Assembly: GCA_964372765.1 (NCBI GenBank)
Contig: CAYJSE010000004.1
Location: 1-58,897 of the forward strand
Direction of reading: 5' to 3'
DNA from: an uncultured Planctomycetia bacterium
GTDB taxonomy: Bacteria; Omnitrophota; Gorgyraeia; 2-02-FULL-51-18; CAYJSE01
Length of the DNA: 58,897 nt
The translations under genes and the position numbers were made by a program. This document shows, in pieces, positions 54,662 through 58,897 of this stretch (within the stretch, counting starts at the first letter, position 1; every line of letters starts with the position of its first letter). The notes below the pieces were generated by a model. That model had not been told where the DNA came from and did not search any database. It saw only the letters and a list, made by a program, of their open reading frames with translations.

Positions 54662-55712
54662 GTACGTCGTCCCCGTCGCCAGCGGTAAAGGCGGCGTTGG
54701 CAAATCTACCGTGAGCGTGAATCTCGCGCTGGCGCTTGTCCGGTCCGGCGCAACCGTCGGGCTTTTGGATCTCGATCTTTACGGTCCCAGCGTCCCGGCC
54801 ATCCTCGGTATTTCCGAACGGCCTCGTTCCACCGCCGACAATCATCTCATCCCAATCGAAAAACACGGTCTCAAAGTCATGTCCATCGCGTTTCTTGTGC
54901 CGTCTCACGAAGCGGTGATTTGGCGCGGGCCGATGCTGCACAAGATGGTGCAGGATTTCTTGCGTATCGTGGATTGGGGAGAGCTGGATTTTTTGGTCGT
55001 GGATCTGCCTCCCGGCACCGGGGATATCCAGCTTAGTCTCTGCCAATCCATCCCGGTCGCGGGCGCCGTGATCGTATCCACGCCTCAAGACGTTGCCTGG
55101 AACGTGGCCCAAAAAGCGATTTTGATGTTTGATAAACTAAACGCGCCGATTTTGGGCGTGATTGAAAATATGAGTTTTTACCAGTGCCCGCGCTGCGGGT
55201 CGAAAGAGGAGATTTTTGGGCATGGGGGCGCACAAGCCGCCGCGAAGCTTTTGGGGATACCCTTTTTAGGCGAGATTCCGCTTGATACCCGGCTCCGAAC
55301 GTGTTCAGACCAGGGGCAGCCGATCATTCTCCAGGAGCCCGAGCACGTTCTCTCCAAAGTATTCTTTAAAATTGCCGAAAAACTAAAAAGTGAGATACAA
55401 TCGCTGGGCGCTCGTGCCGAGGAAAAGAAGCTGCCGCAAACGATCAGTCCACCACAAAGCGCCGAAATCAAAATCGAGTGGAAAGACGGTCGGCGCAGTG
55501 TTTTTGAGCCTAGATCCTTACGTCTTTTGTGTCCGTGCGCCCGCTGCGTGGACGAATGGACGGGTAAAAAGCTGCTCGAGGAATCCAAACTGCCGCCCGA
55601 TATGCGCGCGCTCGCGATCAATCTCGTGGGTCGTTATGCGCTGCAAATCCGGTGGAGCGACGGGCATGATACAGGCCTTTACTCGTTTGACTATTTAAGG
55701 GGACTTTCTTGA
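54648..55712 (+). CDS. Mrp/NBP35/ApbC-type Fe-S cluster carrier ATPase fused to a C-terminal DUF971 domain
   Basis: VASGKGGVGKSTVSVNLA, VVDLPPGTGD, the CPRC pair, then IEWKDGRRSVF....LRLLCPCARC......ALQIRWSDGHDTGLYSFDYLR (DUF971 pattern). TTG start. Confidence 0.85.
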   Translation: MPPIKYVVPVASGKGGVGKSTVSVNLALALVRSGATVGLLDLDLYGPSVPAILGISERPRSTADNHLIPIEKHGLKVMSIAFLVPSHEAVIWRGPMLHKMVQDFLRIVDWGELDFLVVDLPPGTGDIQLSLCQSIPVAGAVIVSTPQDVAWNVAQKAILMFDKLNAPILGVIENMSFYQCPRCGSKEEIFGHGGAQAAAKLLGIPFLGEIPLDTRLRTCSDQGQPIILQEPEHVLSKVFFKIAEKLKSEIQSLGARAEEKKLPQTISPPQSAEIKIEWKDGRRSVFEPRSLRLLCPCARCVDEWTGKKLLEESKLPPDMRALAINLVGRYALQIRWSDGHDTGLYSFDYLRGLS

Positions 55713-56119
55713 AGATGGACGCGCCAATAAAGTTTTTCACACCCGCCGAGGCCAATAAAACTCTGCCGCTGGTCAAAAGAATAGCGTGTGATATTCTGGA
55801 AACGGGCCGAGAGCTCGCGAAGCTGCAAGCCGAGATGGGGAATGCAGCGGAAAAGAACCCGCGTTTTGCGGAATGGGCCGACCGTTTTGACGATCTCATG
55901 GATGAAATAGAAGCGCTCGGCTGTTTTTACAAGGACTGGAATTTCGAGATGGGACTTGTGGATTTCCCAAGCCGCGTGGAAGGCAAGGACGTGTTTTTGT
56001 GCTGGCGCACCGACGAACCTTGCGTGCAGTACTATCATGATTTGGAGGCCGGCTTTCCCGGCCGCCAACCCATTCCCAGTCAGTATTTAGAACCAATCGA
56101 AAAGGAGGCAAGGAAATAA
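55709..56119 (+). CDS. DUF2203 domain protein
   Basis: FFTPAEANKTLPLV, GLVDFPS...GKDVFLCWR..E..V.YYH....GF.GRQPI. The start is TTG 55709 or ATG 55715. Confidence 0.6.
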   Translation: MKMDAPIKFFTPAEANKTLPLVKRIACDILETGRELAKLQAEMGNAAEKNPRFAEWADRFDDLMDEIEALGCFYKDWNFEMGLVDFPSRVEGKDVFLCWRTDEPCVQYYHDLEAGFPGRQPIPSQYLEPIEKEARK

Positions 56120-56311
56120 GACTGGTCGCGTTGAGCGGCTGCGGCTTAGCCGTGATCGAGGACGGACAGGCGGGCGTCAAAGCTGATTTTGGAAAGATTT
56201 CGAAGGTCTTCAGACCAATGATCTGCAGGTGATTTACGTGCCCACGGAAGCGAATCTCCCGATCCTCGAAGCCAACCGAACCCGAACCAGCCGATCGGAA
56301 TAGATAGCCGC

Positions 56312-56424
56312 CGTCGTTGCGAGGAGGCCCGCAGGGCCGACGAAGCAATCTAAACCCAATCCGGCCGAGATTGCTTTCCGCCTGAGGCGGACCCGCCTTT
56401 GGCGGGCGCCGCTCGCAATGACAG
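56312..56424. repeat. Palindromic REP/MITE-like repeat, copy 3
   Basis: cgtcgttgcgagg...gacgaagcaatct / agattgcttt...gaggcggacccgcctttggcgggcg..gctcgcaatgacag. It shares 25-nt and 10-nt identical blocks with copy 1. Confidence 0.8.
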
Positions 56425-56495
56425 CATAACGATTTATGTCACAGTTTCATCCCTACCTATCTTTCCAATAACCATCTAATGTCTTATAATGTATC

Positions 56496-56515
56496 TTATG
56501 TAAAGTTATGTAAAG
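56496..56515. repeat. Tandem 10-mer TTATGTAAAG x2 in an AT-rich spacer
   Basis: Read directly from the sequence. It lies just past the 3' end of the minus-strand pseudopilin operon. Confidence 0.6.
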
Positions 56516-56540
56516 TACTGTCAAGAGAAGACCAGAATGA

Positions 56541-57782
56541 TCAGGATCGACGAACCCAATTGATATCGTACCCGTCTGTCGGGCCATTGGTCAGCAGATT
56601 TTCGTCGTAATGAATGGGTTGATTAATATCCGCCACATTCGCGATGATGGCCCCGTAGAATTCAGAGCTTCCCGTGACATTGACCGTGGCGTACGGCGCG
56701 TTGACGAGTCCGGAAAACGCGTTGTTGCCACCGATCGTGGCCGTGGTGCAATTCGAAGTGCCGAATATCTGAACCGCCTGGGGGTTCGTGGATCCCGAAG
56801 TGTTGATGATACCCGTGCCTTGCATTTTAAAGTTGCCGTTGGTATAGATTGCAAGACTGGCGGTGGGATAAGTGAGCGTATCCACATTAATCGTACCAGT
56901 GCCCGATGTCGAAAATACCCATCCGGCACTGCTGTCTAGATAGAGCTGGGTGGGACCTGTAATCGTAATCGTTGAACCGGACATGGCGAACGAATTATAT
57001 CGTTTATTGCCGCTCCATGAAACGGGAGCGCTGCCGCCGTTCATCGAAAAGTTAACCGCGCTGTCACCCAAGGCTATGAGAGCGTCCGGGATCTCAACAT
57101 CCGAAATGGCATTGTTGACATTATCGCTTTGGGTTCCTGTGATGTCCCCGTCATTATCGATGGTTCCCCCGGATCCTGTGCCCGCATTCCCGCTGATCGT
57201 ATCCCCGTTTCCCACGCTGATAGCGTTAGCCGCGGTGCTATTGGTCAACACATCAGCGTTTTCCGCTATGTTGAGCCCACCATAGGCGGTCGGAGACGTG
57301 TAACTATCAATGTCCGCACTGATGTCGATCGTTCCTTTAGTCATGATGGCGGCCTTATAGATGGGCCTACCGACCAGCGCCGCAGATACAGTCACCGATT
57401 TACTGGAGTCCGTGCCCGCAGCGTCGATTGTCCCGGTGCTGGTGATTAACGGACTAGACGGGTCTGTCGTGTTATCGATCGTGATGTTCAGGGTCCCAAT
57501 AGTGCTGCCGGTGGCGTCATCGAAATCACTGTCTTCCAATTCCCATCCTTCTGCGCTGGGATCAAAATCGGCTCCCGCAAAGTCTTCGTCGTCGTAATTA
57601 TAGATCCACAACACACCATCCATCCCCCCTTCGGCAATGGCCAGCGCTTTGATCTGATTTTCGGATGAAAGTGTCGAATATTTATCCTGAACCATGATCC
57701 CGATATAGGACGCGGAAAACCCTAAAAGTAACCACGTAAGAACCACAACGGTGAGTAAGGCAAATCCTGAATTATTTTTCAT
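56541..57782 (-). CDS. Large PilX/GspK-like minor pseudopilin with a Thr/Gly/Asn/Asp-rich (beta-helix-like) C-terminal region
   Basis: N-terminus MKNNSGFALLTVVVLTWLLLGF is PilX_N/GspK-like and lacks the conserved Glu5. There is an acidic stretch DDEDFAGADFDPSAEGWELEDSDFDD, low-complexity T/G/N repeats, and a conserved-looking end: FYGAIIANVADINQPIHYDENL. Confidence 0.6.
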   Translation of the reverse strand: MKNNSGFALLTVVVLTWLLLGFSASYIGIMVQDKYSTLSSENQIKALAIAEGGMDGVLWIYNYDDEDFAGADFDPSAEGWELEDSDFDDATGSTIGTLNITIDNTTDPSSPLITSTGTIDAAGTDSSKSVTVSAALVGRPIYKAAIMTKGTIDISADIDSYTSPTAYGGLNIAENADVLTNSTAANAISVGNGDTISGNAGTGSGGTIDNDGDITGTQSDNVNNAISDVEIPDALIALGDSAVNFSMNGGSAPVSWSGNKRYNSFAMSGSTITITGPTQLYLDSSAGWVFSTSGTGTINVDTLTYPTASLAIYTNGNFKMQGTGIINTSGSTNPQAVQIFGTSNCTTATIGGNNAFSGLVNAPYATVNVTGSSEFYGAIIANVADINQPIHYDENLLTNGPTDGYDINWVRRS

Positions 57783-58381
57783 GGCTCCATGTTCCTCAGT
57801 AAAAGCGTCGCGTCGACGCTGGTTGTTTGTGTTTTTCCCCGCGTAAGGTACTGGGACTCCATTTCCACATTGACGTACCGGAGCGCTTCGATTTCATCGT
57901 CGGCTAAGTCGGAGAGCTCATTTCCAGCATCATCGCTAAACGTAAGAGCGCTGATATTTTCCACGACCGGAATATCCGTTTGATTTTCTCCCCCTTCTCG
58001 TTCGCTGGCCGCGTCCAGTGTCACGGAGCGTATTAGAATCGTGTCGTCGCCAGGATCCAACTCGTAAGTGATGTAATCGAAATCATTGTCAAAATCCGTA
58101 GGTATGCCGTCGGCATCAATACTCGGGACCTTGAAGACGAGCGTCTGTGTTGCGGAATCCACATCAATCGCGATCGCTTCCTGAGCGTCCCTGACGATAC
58201 GGTCCATCGCGTGGCGCATCGCTTGGTTGGCGATGACGTAACCGCGCTCCTGGTAAACCTGATTTTGCATGACGAAAAATATAGAAAAAATACTGGCTGT
58301 GAACATGATACTCAGGGCGCTCGCGATCATGAGCTCGGTAATCGTAAATCCATGAGGGTTGAACAGTCTGGGTTTTTTCAT
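57779..58381 (-). CDS. Prepilin-type N-terminal cleavage/methylation domain protein (GspJ/PilW-like minor pseudopilin)
   Basis: HGFTITELMIASALSIMF is a G|FTxxE class III signal. 200 aa. ATGA-type overlap with both neighbours. Confidence 0.75.
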   Translation of the reverse strand: MKKPRLFNPHGFTITELMIASALSIMFTASIFSIFFVMQNQVYQERGYVIANQAMRHAMDRIVRDAQEAIAIDVDSATQTLVFKVPSIDADGIPTDFDNDFDYITYELDPGDDTILIRSVTLDAASEREGGENQTDIPVVENISALTFSDDAGNELSDLADDEIEALRYVNVEMESQYLTRGKTQTTSVDATLLLRNMEP

Positions 58382-58788
58382 GCTCGATTGAGTCCTACGC
58401 GTGAAATCCGCGTCGTTAAACTTTCCGTTTTCGTAGCGCCTCCTCGGGTTTCCCAGGAGACAGTCAACGTGACCACTTTGATGTCATCGCCCAGGCTGTC
58501 GGCGACGTCAATCGCGCCCGAGCCTTCGCGCAATTTGTCGATTTGGTCATTTGTAAATGCGTCTCCATCCATATCTTCCACATCGTCAAAGGCCGCGGTG
58601 CGAACGATCTCTATCTCCTCCCGCAAGGCGTTTAAGGCATACTGGCGCAAATGGTTATCATCCGAGAAGTAGATGCCACTGCTCATGCTAAGCATAAGGG
58701 CCGTGATCGCGATACCGGCTAGGGCAACGCTCACAACCGTTTCTACAAGGGTATATCCCGTTCTGTCTTTAAAGGTATAGGATAGCAT
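58378..58788 (-). CDS. Prepilin-type N-terminal cleavage/methylation domain protein (GspI/PilV-like minor pseudopilin)
   Basis: TGYTLVETVVSVALAGIAI is a G|YTLVE class III signal. 136 aa. It is the first gene after the promoter. Confidence 0.75.
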   Translation of the reverse strand: MLSYTFKDRTGYTLVETVVSVALAGIAITALMLSMSSGIYFSDDNHLRQYALNALREEIEIVRTAAFDDVEDMDGDAFTNDQIDKLREGSGAIDVADSLGDDIKVVTLTVSWETRGGATKTESLTTRISRVGLNRA

Positions 58789-58808
58789 TGCACACCTTCT
58801 TTACCAAA

Positions 58809-58837
58809 AGTATATATTATTATTAATTATTTATCAA
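58809..58837 (-). promoter_or_regulatory. Promoter of the pseudopilin operon
   Basis: On the minus strand: TTGATA (58837-58832), a 17-nt spacer, TATACT (58814-58809), then GAAGGTG about 6 nt before the ATG at 58788. The surrounding sequence is very AT-rich. Confidence 0.6.
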
Positions 58838-58897
58838 GATTTACAGTTAAAAAAGATAATTACACAACCCATTGGAAATTATAAGGTTATAGCTTGA

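Noticed and set aside
55896-56348. 150-aa minus-strand ORF starting inside repeat copy 3.
   Set aside because: Its N-terminus is translated repeat (…PRNDGG…) and its C-terminal half is antisense to the DUF2203 gene. It may at most include a gene remnant (see the finding for 56120-56540).
56462-56490. Plus-strand promoter-like TTTCCA-17-TATAAT that would drive RNA antisense to the pseudopilin operon.
   Set aside because: The -35 is weak, the region is generally AT-rich so such hexamers arise by chance, and there is no downstream plus-strand feature to support it.

Overview
This is a 58.9-kb chromosomal segment from a compact, moderately GC-rich bacterial genome. The taxon cannot be fixed from sequence alone. 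The gene content and the 'cattgcgag...caatctc' palindromic repeats remind me of uncultivated sediment or groundwater lineages, but that is recollection, not evidence. I can support about 70 protein genes, one tRNA(CAU), three copies of a palindromic repeat family (one looks like a MITE insertion with a target-site duplication), several sigma70-like promoters with operators, and a few terminators. I found no rRNA, CRISPR array, transposase or integrase. Every gene from nt 2 to 46587 is on the + strand, and most are joined by overlapping start/stop codons. In order, the window holds: coaX; CIRCE-controlled groES-groEL; a one-carbon/folate block (GuaB3-like, fhs, fchA-like, folD, metF) followed by panB; a PP-loop tRNA sulfurtransferase-like gene; a tetrapyrrole operon (ccsA-like, hemA, hemC, cobA-hemD fusion, hemB, hemL); apbE, a polyprenyl synthase, tatA, mnmA and the tRNA; an MTAN/futalosine-hydrolase-like gene and a CheY-like regulator; an XRE/nucleotidyltransferase pair; a c-di-GMP module (PilZ, REC, GAF-HD-GYP); tilS, rpsU, DUF1844 and rmuC; a coupled PC4-like / membrane beta-sandwich / ParA-CBM48 operon; Nudix, M48 protease and two nucleases; a GAF sensor; uvrD/pcrA; an MFS transporter; a respiratory cluster (HEAT protein, Rieske, split cytochrome b, 936-aa octaheme cytochrome c, cupredoxin, ctaA, ctaB, membrane protein, ferredoxin); divergent gshB/gshA; an ABC-2 exporter; HAD and suhB; mazEF; a tautomerase, an ACT protein, a second SNase and cspA; PilZ, Mrp-DUF971 and DUF2203; and a minus-strand GspI/J/K-like minor pseudopilin operon at the right edge. 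The least-described candidates are the ParA-CBM48 three-gene operon (27.5-29.65 kb) and the Rieske/cytochrome b complex with a coiled-coil-stalked octaheme cytochrome (37.2-46.6 kb). All family assignments come from reading motifs in the translations. No database search was run.
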